The position numbers were made by a program, and so were the translations under genes. Source: Clostridia bacterium (GTDB lineage: Bacteria; Bacillota; Clostridia; UBA1212; DUPL01). From it: 64,000 nucleotides of DNA. This document shows, piece by piece, positions 33,147 through 45,000 of the stretch (position 1 is its first letter; every line of letters begins with the position of its first letter). The DNA is taken from assembly GCA_050951325.1 (NCBI GenBank), contig JBMNIW010000009.1:1-64000 (forward strand), given 5' to 3'. A model generated the notes under the pieces. It saw nothing but the letters and a program-made list of their open reading frames with translations. It was not told the DNA's origin and ran no database searches.

Positions 33147-34043
33147 TTAATTAAGCTCTAGGCAACCAACAAGCTCGCAGATATCCTTGACATTTGCCTT
33201 CTTCATGTATTCTTCAATTCCATCAATAACTTTAATGCATGCAAGAGGATCAACAAAACTAGCAGTACCGACCATTACACAGGAAGCCCCCGCAATTATA
33301 AATTCCACTGCATCCTCTCCCGTTTCAATTCCACCCATTCCTATAACAGGAATATTGACATTCCTGTATACCTCATGCACCATCCTTACTGCAACGGGCT
33401 TTACACAGGGACCCGACAATCCACCTGTGTTGTTGGCAAGAATAGGTCTTCTTTTGTAAATGTCAATTGCCATGCCCAAAAGAGTATTTATAAGGCTAAC
33501 ACCATCGGCACCGCCTGCTTCAGCGGCCTTAGCTGTGTCAACAATAGAAGTTACATTCGGGGTTAACTTTACAAACAACGGCTTATCAAATCTATCCTTC
33601 ACACTTCTTGTAAGCTTTTCGAGAAGCTGGGGATCCTGTCCAAAAACCACCCCTTCCTTGACATTGGGACAGGATACATTTAGCTCGATTGCATCCACAT
33701 CTGCCTCATTCAATATCTCCGCCATCTGCTCATAGTCTGAAAAAGAATTTCCGGCAATATTTGCAATAATTTTTGTATCATACTGTCTTAGAAAAGGTAT
33801 TTCCGTCCTTACAAACTCATGTACACCCGGATTCTGAAGTCCCACACTATTAAGTATGCCTGAAGGCGTTTCGCATATCCTGGGAGTTTTGTTCCCCATT
33901 CTAGGCTCCAGGGTAAGACCTTTTACTGAAATGCCTCCAAGACGGCCAAGATCATAATATTCTGAAAATTCCCTTCCAAATCCAAAAGTACCGGATGCGG
34001 CAATGACCGGATTTTTCAGTTCAAGTCCACCAACATTAATCAT
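33147..34043 (-). CDS. pyrD: Dihydroorotate dehydrogenase B catalytic subunit
   Basis: ASGTFGFG, NSVGLQNPG, ELNVSCPN, VKLTPNV, GGLSGP. Confidence 0.95.
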   Translation of the reverse strand: MINVGGLELKNPVIAASGTFGFGREFSEYYDLGRLGGISVKGLTLEPRMGNKTPRICETPSGILNSVGLQNPGVHEFVRTEIPFLRQYDTKIIANIAGNSFSDYEQMAEILNEADVDAIELNVSCPNVKEGVVFGQDPQLLEKLTRSVKDRFDKPLFVKLTPNVTSIVDTAKAAEAGGADGVSLINTLLGMAIDIYKRRPILANNTGGLSGPCVKPVAVRMVHEVYRNVNIPVIGMGGIETGEDAVEFIIAGASCVMVGTASFVDPLACIKVIDGIEEYMKKANVKDICELVGCLELN

Positions 34044-34797
34044 AGTACACCTCATTTGCCCACATTACAGGTCCATCCTTGCAAACCCTCTTGTTTTGCA
34101 GAACCTTGTCCTTCTTTACTTCACATACACATACAAGACATGCGCCAATACCGCAGCCCATTCTCTCTTCCAAAGAAACCTGACAAGGAATTTCGTGTTT
34201 TTTACATATCTCATACACCTTTTTCATCATCTTCTCAGGACCGCAGGTATATACAATATCGAACCTGTGTTCCTCAAGATGCTTTTCAAGGGCAGTGGTT
34301 ACAAAACCTCTTACACCATAACTTCCATCGTCACAAGCAATGACAAGATTGTCACAGAGATTCGCAAATTCATTTTCAAGCACCACCTTGTCCTTGCACA
34401 AAAAGCCCAATACCGCATCTTTTCTTAAGCTTTCACTTTTATTCAAAAGATACAGAAGTGGAAAAACTCCAATTCCTCCACCTACAACACAAATTCTGTC
34501 ATATCCAATATCAAAGCCGTTTCCAAGAGGTCCCAAAACATCTATATTGTCTCCACGTTCAACCTTTGAAAGTGCCTTTGTACCTTTGCCCCTTGCCTCA
34601 AATGCAATTTTAAGAATACCATCTTTGAAGTCACATACGCTAAAGGGTCTTCTGAGATAACCATCGTCACATTTGACATGGAAAAACTGTCCCGGCTTTA
34701 TTGCCTCCCTTATGTTGGATGCTTCCAGTTCCAAAAGCCATATGGTATCTGTTAGTCTTTTCAGTTCTTCAACTCTGCACAAATAATTTGTTTTCAT
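34036..34797 (-). CDS. pyrK: Dihydroorotate dehydrogenase electron-transfer subunit
   Basis: RRPFS, GPLGNGF, GGGIGVFP, CGP, EERMGCGIGACLVC..VCKDGPV. Confidence 0.95.
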   Translation of the reverse strand: MKTNYLCRVEELKRLTDTIWLLELEASNIREAIKPGQFFHVKCDDGYLRRPFSVCDFKDGILKIAFEARGKGTKALSKVERGDNIDVLGPLGNGFDIGYDRICVVGGGIGVFPLLYLLNKSESLRKDAVLGFLCKDKVVLENEFANLCDNLVIACDDGSYGVRGFVTTALEKHLEEHRFDIVYTCGPEKMMKKVYEICKKHEIPCQVSLEERMGCGIGACLVCVCEVKKDKVLQNKRVCKDGPVMWANEVYYD

Positions 34798-35711
34798 TTC
34801 TGCCTCTTTTCCAGTTCCATATTTATCTCATCCCTCATGTATACCGCCTCTGCCCTGGCAGCGTCAGCATACGCATCTTCGTCATACGCTCCACTCCATC
34901 TGTCGGATTTGTATGCGTAAAGTATGCTTCTTGAGGCATTTACAACCGCTCCCAGGCCGTCGTCATTAAAGTTGACTACAACACTCTTTGCATTTCCTCC
35001 CTGTGCTCCATAGCCAGGTACAAGAATAATACTGCGAGGAATAATCTTTCTTATTCTCTCCGCCTGTTCGGGATATGTTGCCCCCACAACAGCACCAACA
35101 GAAGAGTAACCACTGTCCCCTACCAAATCGCTGCCCCACTTGTCAACAAGCTCCGCCACCTTCTCATATATTGTCCTGCCACCTTCCACAATCAGATCCT
35201 GCAGCTCTCCAGAAGAAGGATTGGAGGTCTTCACCAGGATGAATATACCTTTGCTATTTTGTTTGCACATTTCAACAAAAGGTTGTATGCCGTTCCAACC
35301 CAGGTATGGGTTTACGGTCAGCGCATCACAGTCAAAGGCCAGGTCCGAAGCATCACCTTTTGAAAGATAAGCTTTTGCGTAAGCCAGCGAAGTGGAACCT
35401 ATGTCATTCCGCTTGCCATCTGCAATAACAAGCAGCCCCTTCTTGCGAGCATACTCAACCGTTGCCTTGAAAGCTATAAGGCCGTTAATACCATACTGCT
35501 CATAGTATGCCAGCTGTGGTTTCACACAAACAACCACGTCATGAATCGCATCTATAATTGCCTTGTTGAAAGCAAAGATTGCAGCACCTTTGCTTTTGAA
35601 CCTAACTTTTACCCCTTCCGGGATACTTTCCCAAATTGGGTCTAGTCCGCATACAACATAACTCTCCTTGTTTTTTATCTCTTCAATAAGTTTGTCGGCA
35701 AAATTTTTCAT
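34794..35711 (-). CDS. pyrF: Orotidine-5'-phosphate decarboxylase
   Basis: CGLDP, KPQLAYYE, DGKRNDIGST, KTSNP, VPGYGAQG. Confidence 0.95.
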   Translation of the reverse strand: MKNFADKLIEEIKNKESYVVCGLDPIWESIPEGVKVRFKSKGAAIFAFNKAIIDAIHDVVVCVKPQLAYYEQYGINGLIAFKATVEYARKKGLLVIADGKRNDIGSTSLAYAKAYLSKGDASDLAFDCDALTVNPYLGWNGIQPFVEMCKQNSKGIFILVKTSNPSSGELQDLIVEGGRTIYEKVAELVDKWGSDLVGDSGYSSVGAVVGATYPEQAERIRKIIPRSIILVPGYGAQGGNAKSVVVNFNDDGLGAVVNASRSILYAYKSDRWSGAYDEDAYADAARAEAVYMRDEINMELEKRQK

Positions 35712-35715
35712 TTCA

Positions 35716-36941
35716 TCACCCTTTAACCTTGTAGCTAGTATAAACTATTCGTCCATCCACAACAGTATACATGACCTCTCCAAACAGTTCAAATCCACCA
35801 AAAGGAGAGTTCTTACCCTTTGACACAAACCTTCTCAGGCTCCACCACGTATTTTACGTCCGGGTCGAAGATTGTTAGATTCAAACCTTCATCCTTCGAT
35901 CTTTAATATCTCAAGGGGCTTTATACTCATCTTTTCAACAAGCTCACCAAGACTCAGGTGTCCTGCCTTGACCAGATAAGTAAAAGAAAGACCAAACGCA
36001 GTTTCAAAACCCGATATGCCATTTGCAGCAAGCTGGAACTCTATCTTCTTCTCATCCTCGTGATGAGGAGCATGGTCTGTTGCAATAGCATCTATCGTAC
36101 CATCCTTCAGACCTTCAATAATTGCTTTCACATCCTCTTTTTCCCTGAGAGGAGGATTGACTTTTGCATACGTGTTGAATCCATAAACTGCCTCATCAGT
36201 AAGAGTAAAATAGTGGGGGCAGGTTTCACAGGTAACCTTTACACCTCTTTTTTTGGCATCCCTTATCATATGAACTGCAAGACGCGTGCTGACATGCGCT
36301 ATGTGTACGGGCAGACCCGTATACTCCGCCAGAATGATTTCTCGTGCCACCATTGCCTCTTCAGCAGCCTTTGGTATACCTCTCAACCCCAATACCGTAG
36401 AGACAAACCCTTCATTCATGCTTCCGTCTTCCGCAAGATCCTTGTCCTCACAGTGAGAAATGACAGGCATGCCAAAACTGTGGGCGTAAATCATGGCCTT
36501 CTTCATCAATGACGAAGACATTACAGGATTGCCATCATCACTTATGGCTACCGCCCCGTGGGCTTTCATATCCCCTATTTCAGCTAGTTCCTTCCCTTCA
36601 AGATTCTTTGAAATTGCTCCAATTGGATACACCTTCACAGACTTCAGGCTTTCCGCTTTTTCTCTGATATATGAAACTACAGCTGAATTATCAATTACCG
36701 GTTTTGTGTTCGGCATGCATGCAATCTTTACAAATCCACCTTTTGCAGCTGCTTTGACACCACTTGCAATGTCTTCCTTGTACTCATAGCCCGGATCCCT
36801 TAAATGGCAGTGCATGTCCACAAGCCCGGGTATCGCCACAAGATTTTTGGCATCCACAATTTTGTCGCTGCCGTCATCAAGATGTATGTCCATTACCTTG
36901 TCTTCATTTACTGATACGTATCGTATATTCTTAAATACCAT
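35716..36941 (-). CDS. pyrC: Dihydroorotase (two apparent +1 frameshifts near the 3' end)
   Basis: DMHCHLRDPG, MPNT, ATDHAPH; C-terminus LTIFDPD..FVSKGKNSPF..GEVMYTVVDGRIVY continues in shifted frames to 35716. Confidence 0.9.
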
Positions 36942-36952
36942 GTCACACCTCT

Positions 36953-37855
36953 TTATCTAGTAAGGATATACAAAATTGCCATTCTAACGGCAACTCCGCT
37001 AGTTACCTGCTCCTCGATTACCGATGAATCTCCGTCAATCAGCATGGAAGTCATTTCAACTCCCCTGTTGACAGGACCAGGATGCATTATCAAGCAGTCC
37101 TTTGCTGCATATGACAAAGTTTCCTCATTCACACTAAAGAATTTGCTGTATTCACGAATCGTAGGAAAAAGACCGCTTTTCTGTCTCTCCAATTGAATTC
37201 TAAGACCCATAATCACATCTGCATCCTTGACCGCATGCTTGATATTTGGTTCGACCCTTGCGCCCATATCCTCAATAGCCACAGGCATCATTGTGGCAGG
37301 TCCGTTCACTACCACTTCAGCACCCATCTTTGTCAATCCCCAGATGTTGCTCCTTGCAACTCTTGAATGCAAAACGTCACCTGTAACAACCACCTTCAAA
37401 CCGTGCAATGTCCCTTTGTGCCTGAGCATTGTGTACATGTCAAGCAATGCCTGGGTGGGATGTTCATTCATTCCATCTCCGGCATTCACTATGCTGCATT
37501 TTAAATGTTTTGCCAACAAGTGGGGAGCTCCTGCCATCGGATGCCTGATAATTATTACGTCCGTTCCCATTCGTTGAATGGTCCTGCCTGTATCAAGGAG
37601 AGTTTCTCCTTTTGCAACACTGCTTGCCGATGCTGCAATGTTTGCAGATGCGCTGGATAGATATTTCGATGCCAATTCAAAAGAAAGCCTGGTTCTTGTA
37701 CTGTTTTCATAGAAAAGAGTAACTATGGATTTTCCATTCAAATGAGGTGCCTTCTTAATGTTCGAATCAAGAATTACCTGCATGCCTCTTGCCGTTTCCA
37801 AAATGTTTTCAATCTCTTCTTTGGATGTATCTTTCAAACCTAACAAATGCTTCAT
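36953..37855 (-). CDS. pyrB: Aspartate carbamoyltransferase catalytic subunit
   Basis: FYENSTRTR, HPTQALLD, HPGPVNRGVE. Confidence 0.96.
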   Translation of the reverse strand: MKHLLGLKDTSKEEIENILETARGMQVILDSNIKKAPHLNGKSIVTLFYENSTRTRLSFELASKYLSSASANIAASASSVAKGETLLDTGRTIQRMGTDVIIIRHPMAGAPHLLAKHLKCSIVNAGDGMNEHPTQALLDMYTMLRHKGTLHGLKVVVTGDVLHSRVARSNIWGLTKMGAEVVVNGPATMMPVAIEDMGARVEPNIKHAVKDADVIMGLRIQLERQKSGLFPTIREYSKFFSVNEETLSYAAKDCLIMHPGPVNRGVEMTSMLIDGDSSVIEEQVTSGVAVRMAILYILTR

Positions 37856-37857
37856 AA

Positions 37858-38391
37858 CTAACCCTCGTTTATCGTTACTTTGTCAATACTGTCAATTTCC
37901 ACCACCTGCACCGAGACCAGTTCTGACTTGCTGGTAGGAATGTTCTTTCCAACATAATCAGGTCTGAAAGGAAGTTCCCTGTGACCTCTGTCTATCAAGA
38001 CCGCAAGCTGTACCATCTGAGGTCTTCCCAAATCAAACAGGCACTCAATTGCCGCCCGTACCGTCCTGCCTGTGTAGATTACATCATCCACCAGGACGAT
38101 TTTCTTTCCTTCAATCTGAAACCCAATATCAGTTCCATTGATTACAGGATGTGCAGCCAACAAACTAAGATCATCCCTGTAGAATGTAATATCAAGAACG
38201 CCAAGCGGCACTTTTACATTCTCAATCTCCTCAATCTTTTGAGCTATTCTTTTTGCCAAAGGAACGCCTCTTCTCTGTATTCCAATCAGAGCAACATCCT
38301 CAACACCCTTGTTCTTCTCAACAATTTCATGGGCAATTCTGGTAAGAGCTCTGTTCATGGCGTCCTTGTCCATTATCAATGCCTTTTCCAT
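37858..38391 (-). CDS. pyrR: Pyrimidine operon attenuator protein / UPRTase
   Basis: [32 protein letters not shown]. Confidence 0.96.
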   Translation of the reverse strand: MEKALIMDKDAMNRALTRIAHEIVEKNKGVEDVALIGIQRRGVPLAKRIAQKIEEIENVKVPLGVLDITFYRDDLSLLAAHPVINGTDIGFQIEGKKIVLVDDVIYTGRTVRAAIECLFDLGRPQMVQLAVLIDRGHRELPFRPDYVGKNIPTSKSELVSVQVVEIDSIDKVTINEG

Positions 38392-38415
38392 AAGTCATCC
38401 TTTCCGCAAATTTGC

Positions 38416-38517
38416 AAAAAAAATTGTTCCGTACCTGGAGAGAGGGCACGAAACAATCATAATAATCCCATAATTATGTCGTTACCTTACCCGTCTCTCT
38501 GGACCAGTTTAAAGGTA
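38416..38517 (-). ncRNA. PyrR-binding leader / attenuator
   Basis: CCTTTAAACTGGTCCAGAGAGACGGGTAAGG binding loop, then terminator ATTGTTTCGTGCC..GGTACGGAACAAT + T-run. Confidence 0.85.
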
Positions 38518-38631
38518 CACCTATATTATATCCAATTCCTGATATTAATCAATATGTTTTTTCAAACACTACAACCTTAACTTCTTCATCCAACTTCCAT
38601 ACCCATTGTTGGAAGCAACACTTATCCTTCA

Positions 38632-40731
38632 TTAACATCGCAAGTCGTCAATATAATCTGTAATGAATTCCTTCCTCGTCAAGACATCGGGCAAATACTT
38701 TCTTAGCTTTCCACCCAAGTTATAAACATTTACATGAAAGTCATACTTGTCTGGTTTATTTTTCACAATCTCCCTTATAACAGCTCTTACATCCTTTGCA
38801 TAACTGTCTGGTATTGAAATATATATTGGTACAAAGCTTGCATAACAAATCTCATTTCGATACCCATGCATCTTTAAAGCATGGGAAAAATACATAATTT
38901 CTTTTGTACCAAGCTTCGGCACAAACAAACACTTGTCTCCTGTTTGAACCACATCGTCTTTAATACTTATAGCTGCAAACATATTCCGTGATGAAACCAG
39001 TCTGTCCAAGGCCCTTTTGCCGAGATATCCATAAGTTTTATCCGATGATAATACCTCAAACACCTTTTCTACCAGCTTCGTTGGGACTATCAACCTAATG
39101 TATGATTTGTATTTGCTTTCCGCATGCTCATCATAAGGTTTTACATAAATAACATGCGAATTCTTGTCAATTGAAACAACCTGCCAAGCTCTCCCTGCAA
39201 GGGAGAAGGTTTCTTCCTCTTCGTAAGGAACCATAACCTGTCCAATCTCCCTGTTCTCATAAATCACAGAATACTCTATAGAAGTTTCAAATACGGAAAA
39301 GAAATCATAATTGGATACAATAGCTTCTCCAAGGGGACCTACATGCAGGAATCCCTCTTCCGTTCTTTCCAAAAGCCCGTCTTCGAGCATTTTTAAAAGC
39401 AGTAGTCTGTAATCTTCCTGGGAGATGTTTCTGAAGGGACTCAGTGTCAGAATATATTCTGCAAGTTTTGCTACCCTTGTCTCATGTACGGAAGCAACAT
39501 GGCTAAGCGTCTGATGAAGAAGGATTTCGTATGGATATTTTCCTGGGACTACAGCCTCTATCCACCTTTCGTTTAAATATAGCTCAATAATTGCTATGCA
39601 TTTTACAAGCTCCCAATCTATCTTGTCTATAGGCATGTTGCCATAGCCTGGTTTCTCCCTAAAAGTAAAATACATGACTCCTACACCGCTTTTTCGACCG
39701 CTTCTTCCAAGTCTTTGAACAAAGGAGGATACACTTAGCGGTGCACCTGTTTGAACAATCATCTCCAAATCTCCCACGTCAATACCAAGTTCCAGAGTCA
39801 GAGTAGCTCCAACCACCGTCTTTACCTCTTCCATCTTCATGGCCGTCTCCGCTTCCTCCCTCATGGATTTTGATATGTTGCCATGGTGAACCTTGTATAC
39901 ATCCATTGTCCCCATCTCTTTGGCAATTCTCCTCAGACTAGCAATGTTTTCTTCCACTTCTGCCTTGCTGTTTGAGAATATTATGCATTGCCTGTTCAAT
40001 GTCCTTTTGTACAAATCCATAAAGAACTCCTCTTCCTTTTGGAAATCCACAAAAAGCTTAAGCCTTCTTCCCTTTTCCTCAATCATGGGAACCTGACACG
40101 CTCTGTGTGTTCCAGCACATAAAAACTTTTTGGCGTATGTGTAATCTCCCAAAGTGGCTGACAATCCTATGCGTATGGGTATTCTGTTTATGCTTCTTTG
40201 AATTCTTTCAAGGATGCAAAGGAGCTGAATCCCCCTGCCACTTCCCATGAAGGTATGAACCTCATCAATGATAATGTATCTTAAATCAGAAAACAGATAC
40301 TTTATTTCATGCTGTCTCAATACAAGCATTGCCTCTAGCGACTCGGGTGTTGTCTGCAGTATTCCTTCAGGTTCTCTTCTCAGTCTTTCTTTGCCACTTG
40401 ACGAAGCATCTCCGTGCCACTTGGTAACAGGGATATTTGCCTCCTTCAGCAAATCAATCAGTCTTTCAAACTGATCATTAATCAGAGCCTTTAACGGACT
40501 TATATACAATACCGAAACGGAATCAATTTTTTCCTTGTATATCTTTGAAATAACGGGCAAAAAGGCAGCCTCCGTCTTCCCGGAGGCCGTGCCCGATGCC
40601 AATAGCAGATTGTCTTGTGTGTTGAAAATACATTCACAAGCAGCAATCTGTATGTCTCTCAGTTCCTTCCATTTGCTTTTGTATATATACTCCTGTATGA
40701 AAGGAGCAAGCTTTTTAAAGGCATTATTCAT
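38632..40731 (-). CDS. sngC: Lhr-like DEAD/DEAH helicase, Shango SngC-like
   Basis: SGTASGKT, DEVH, LSAT, TLELGIDVG, QRLGRSGR; context with ATPase and TerB genes. Confidence 0.8.
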   Translation of the reverse strand: MNNAFKKLAPFIQEYIYKSKWKELRDIQIAACECIFNTQDNLLLASGTASGKTEAAFLPVISKIYKEKIDSVSVLYISPLKALINDQFERLIDLLKEANIPVTKWHGDASSSGKERLRREPEGILQTTPESLEAMLVLRQHEIKYLFSDLRYIIIDEVHTFMGSGRGIQLLCILERIQRSINRIPIRIGLSATLGDYTYAKKFLCAGTHRACQVPMIEEKGRRLKLFVDFQKEEEFFMDLYKRTLNRQCIIFSNSKAEVEENIASLRRIAKEMGTMDVYKVHHGNISKSMREEAETAMKMEEVKTVVGATLTLELGIDVGDLEMIVQTGAPLSVSSFVQRLGRSGRKSGVGVMYFTFREKPGYGNMPIDKIDWELVKCIAIIELYLNERWIEAVVPGKYPYEILLHQTLSHVASVHETRVAKLAEYILTLSPFRNISQEDYRLLLLKMLEDGLLERTEEGFLHVGPLGEAIVSNYDFFSVFETSIEYSVIYENREIGQVMVPYEEEETFSLAGRAWQVVSIDKNSHVIYVKPYDEHAESKYKSYIRLIVPTKLVEKVFEVLSSDKTYGYLGKRALDRLVSSRNMFAAISIKDDVVQTGDKCLFVPKLGTKEIMYFSHALKMHGYRNEICYASFVPIYISIPDSYAKDVRAVIREIVKNKPDKYDFHVNVYNLGGKLRKYLPDVLTRKEFITDYIDDLRC

Positions 40732-42035
40732 AAAGTAAACTCCGCAAACTCATCTGAAACGTCATCATCTTCTGATATCGCAAACTCAAAGCCGCTAGAA
40801 CCCAGGACCTCTTGCACCGTCTTGTCCGGGTTTTGATAGAGGATATTCAAAAGTTCAATAAAATCCCTTATTATCTCTCTGGGGGTTATAAAGGTTTGTG
40901 CGCCCACTCTTCCAAACTCAATCTTGAGGAAAGCCACAATATCCTCATCCGTTACCTTTGATTCATACCCATATAGGCCTGAATGGATGGAAACCAATTT
41001 TTCAAGAAGCACAAAGGTTTCCTCCTGAGTAAGCGGCGCAAGCTTTATAACCGGTGCCAGCATGTCGCCATTATTGTTTGTACTTATCCAGCCTGATTCG
41101 AGCCTTGATCTTAGGGCCTCATAACTGTAGACTCCCTTTCTTGGATCTTCCAGAGACTGGGGTGTAAGAGCCATGATGATTCCCATGTGACTTGCTTTCC
41201 CCTGCAATGTATCATTGTACATGGAAAGAATTTTCTCATAATTGTACTGCCTTGTTATTGCGTGAGGCAGCTTGTATATGTTAACCAACTCATCAATCAG
41301 CATCAACAAACCTTTATAGCCTGCTTTAACAAGAAAGGATGCAAACACCTTTAAGTAGTCATACCAGTCGGAATCCTTAATTATCACATTCACACCCAAA
41401 TCCCTTCTGGCTTCCGTCATGGTTGTATACTCTCCTCTGAACCATCTCAGGACATTACTCTTCATTTCCTCATTTCCATCCCTGTACGCACGCCAGTAAA
41501 GACTCAACACCTTTGCAAAATCAAATCCATGTACCAGTTCCTTCAATTCGCCAACCGTTTCAAATATTCTTAACTCAACTTCAGTAGATAGTTTTGCATC
41601 AAAAGCGGACAGTTCCTTTTCCCTCATTACTTTCTGCTGTATTGCATATATCCATTTTTCAAGTATCAAGGACAAGGCTCCGCCATCGGGCTTGGTTTTT
41701 GTGGACATGTTCTTCATAAGTTCCCTGTAGGTTGCCAAGCCCTGCTTCTGTGAACCCATAAACCTTCTTTCGGGAGACAAGTCGGCATCCACTACCACAA
41801 ACCCTTTATCCATGGCATATGTCCTAATGGTCTGTAAGAGAAAGCTCTTTCCACTTCCGTATCTGCCAACAATAAATCTAAATGAAGCGCCACCATTCTG
41901 CACAACATCAATATCACCAAGCAAGGCATCTATTTCCTTCTCCCTGCCCACCGCAATATATCCAAGACCAACTCTTGGAACAACTCCACCTTTCAGTGAG
42001 TTCATTATTGCGGAAGCAATTCTTTTCGGAACCAT
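40728..42035 (-). CDS. sngB: DUF2791/BrxD-like P-loop ATPase, Shango SngB-like
   Basis: SLKGGVVPR.GL, GRYGSGKS, LIDELVN, SYEALRSRL, TPREIIRDF. Confidence 0.85.
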   Translation of the reverse strand: MVPKRIASAIMNSLKGGVVPRVGLGYIAVGREKEIDALLGDIDVVQNGGASFRFIVGRYGSGKSFLLQTIRTYAMDKGFVVVDADLSPERRFMGSQKQGLATYRELMKNMSTKTKPDGGALSLILEKWIYAIQQKVMREKELSAFDAKLSTEVELRIFETVGELKELVHGFDFAKVLSLYWRAYRDGNEEMKSNVLRWFRGEYTTMTEARRDLGVNVIIKDSDWYDYLKVFASFLVKAGYKGLLMLIDELVNIYKLPHAITRQYNYEKILSMYNDTLQGKASHMGIIMALTPQSLEDPRKGVYSYEALRSRLESGWISTNNNGDMLAPVIKLAPLTQEETFVLLEKLVSIHSGLYGYESKVTDEDIVAFLKIEFGRVGAQTFITPREIIRDFIELLNILYQNPDKTVQEVLGSSGFEFAISEDDDVSDEFAEFTL

Positions 42036-42039
42036 ATAG

Positions 42040-45000
42040 TTAACCTCCCAAAACTTTTTTAATGTCATCTAAATAATCTTCAATTATCGTGCAATCCACA
42101 TCCACTACGGTATCGCCTGTTGTTTCAAGAGCCACCTCATTTATGTCCTCGATAACAACTTCCAACATTACACCAAGTTTCCTGGCAACAGAATATGCAT
42201 CCTCTTTGTTGGCTATTGCCTTTAACAAATGCATCTGAATATCATTCAGCATTCTTACAAACGAATTATATGGATTCTCTCCTGAAACATCAATTATATC
42301 ACAAATATCATTTGTTTTCTCTTCCGCTGCTGCAACTTCTTCAACTTCTTCCTCTTCATTAATAACAAGCTTTTCAGTTAGCTTTTGGGATACCTCTCTA
42401 ATATCATCCAGCTTGTCAAAATCAATTTCCACCTTTTCAATTTTGGGAGTGGGTATCGCATCATCAACGAATACTCCTTTTTCTCCCAAAACTTCTGCAG
42501 CAGCTGCCATAACGCAGTCGCCAAGCTTCTCCGCCCCTATGGTCTCAATCAAATACCTTATCTCATCACTTGTTTTATCCGTAATATCCAGAGGAGACTT
42601 GAGAGTTCCTTTGAAGGACAACAGATTTCTCAAGGCAATTTCTGCCAGTTTGACTATGATACCATATAGAACATAAGTCGATTCTTTTAAACCACAGTAT
42701 CCACAACGGCTTATGCATATTTCGTCCTTCCATTCATATGCCAAATAATCATTTATAACTGCCGTCTTCTTTCCTTTTCTTAATCTGACGTATTGCAAAT
42801 CATTAAAAATCCCGTCTTTACGTTCAAGCTTTTGTCTTTCGCCCAATATATATGCAGGCAAAGAAAGGTCGTATTTAGAAAAGAGTTCGTCCAGTTTTTC
42901 AAGCACCTTTGGCATGCAGAGATCTATAAGATAACCATCACTTCCTTTTCCAAAGGCACTTTCCCTTGCCCTGTATGGACTTTTTTCAAGTATGTACTTG
43001 CTGGCACAATCATAGTCGCCTTCAAAAATCTTGTACAGCCCGTAGATGGTATAATATCTCTTTGGAAACTTTTTCACATAAAATGAATAGGTTTTTTCCA
43101 AATCATAGGCAATGTATGCATCCATGATGACACTCTCGATCAAGTCATCGATGTTATCCGAAACCTGGCTGTATCCATGCCAGAATTTTATCAGCTTGTC
43201 CATCAATTCCTCTTCATTCTCAACTCCTATCAAATTGACAAGCTCGGACAAATACAAAAGAACCATGTTTTTGTTTGCAGGCTTGAATATTCCCCGCCTT
43301 ACATCTGATCTCCAATTCAGGTAGTAACGGTTTGCAAAATCATAATCATGAGAGACTCTCTGTTTCTCATATACATCAACATCTTCAAGAAGGCATGCCT
43401 GAGTATAAAAATCAATAGGATTATAGTAGTCATACCTATAAGTTTGCCTGCTGGAAATCCTTTGTTCTTTAGCTTCAGAACTTACCAATGAAAGCAGATG
43501 CTTGTTTTGTTGAACTACTTCAGGATCATAATATCTCTTTTTTCCACCAAGAACAAAGCTTTCCAATCTTTGCTTTTCCTTTATCTTCACATCCTTGTAA
43601 ATCTTTTTAACCTCATTGGTCAAAATATGCACAAATCTCATTGATTCAATGATTTCTGCATGTTTTGAGTATCTTTCCAGTCCTGAAAAGATAATATCAA
43701 AAGGAATATCTGAAAAATCTCCTTTTTTGTACCTTCTTGCTGCAGTGGCGATGATATTTACGACATACTCGCAAAACTTCTGTTCCCTCTTATCAAAATC
43801 ACAGCCGTAATAGAACAAGGAACCATTTTCAAAAGTATACTTAATCCCCTTGTTAATATATGTTTCCTCTTTAATCCTGCACTCCTTTTTATCAATAAGG
43901 TATCCTAGTTGCGAAAAGGACACTTCTTCTTTTATGACATTACCCAGCAATAGACTTCCAAGCGAAAATGCGCATTCCCTTTCAAGCAGATCTGACGCCT
44001 CCTTAAGAGCAACGGGAAGAACCCTTTTTAGAACACTCTGAACTTCCTTTGAAACACGTATTCTTATCCTTCTGTTAAAATACTCATATACATTTGTGTA
44101 ATTGCCATGAGCAATCTCATCCATAATCAAGGTATTGCCAATATACCCTTCAGGAAACCTTTCGCAAACCTCTGCAAAAGGCATGTCCAATCCTTTAAGG
44201 ACATAGAACTCAATAATAGTGTCCTCCATTAGTTTATCAATATCAGTGACATTCCTCATACCTTTCCAGAAGTCTAAAAGTTTTGAAAGAGTATCCAGCT
44301 CATCAATACAATTTGCAAGAAGTATTGTTTCGTTCAGATACAGTTTAATATATCCGATATCCGCCTTTTCATAAATCCCTTTTCTAATCTTTGTTCTCCA
44401 TGAGAAATAGCCAAGCAGTTGCTGGTTTGTCATATGGGTATATGTAGGATATACATTTAAAAAATCCACCAATACCACATCTTCATTGTACTCAACCTTT
44501 TCCATGAATTTAACTTGTTTTAGAAATAACTCCGCACCATAAATCATTCCTTTGGGAGTTCTTGAAAGAGATCTCATCTTATCGAACTTGTCTTTAATCC
44601 GAATCTGCCTGTTGCGTTCAGCAACTTCTTCATGCATAACGATAGCTATTTGCTTATGGATTACCTTAACCAGTTCTCCTGTATCTATTATGCTGCGCAT
44701 CTCTTCGTCCTGGTAAAGACTCGTATCATATATTTTCAAGGGTTTTTCACCAAGAATTTCCCTTATTCTTGATTCCATATGCTTAAGTATGAAAGATATG
44801 AGTCTTGCATGTTTCCTGACAGGGAAGAGCTTTTCCGCATACAGGATTTGGTCTTGTACAAAATATCTTTCCGTTTCTGATATAACGTACTCACTGAATC
44901 CATAGTCCTTTTTCACAAATGGATTGTATTTGAAAGGCTCGTAAACATCCACTTTTCTTTCAAACAGCATTTCATTGAACGAAATACCCTTCTGGGAAAA

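Noticed and set aside
38632-42068. BREX type 2 (brxD/brxHI) system
   Set aside because: No pglX, pglZ, pglW or brxC nearby; the TerB-domain partner fits Shango better.
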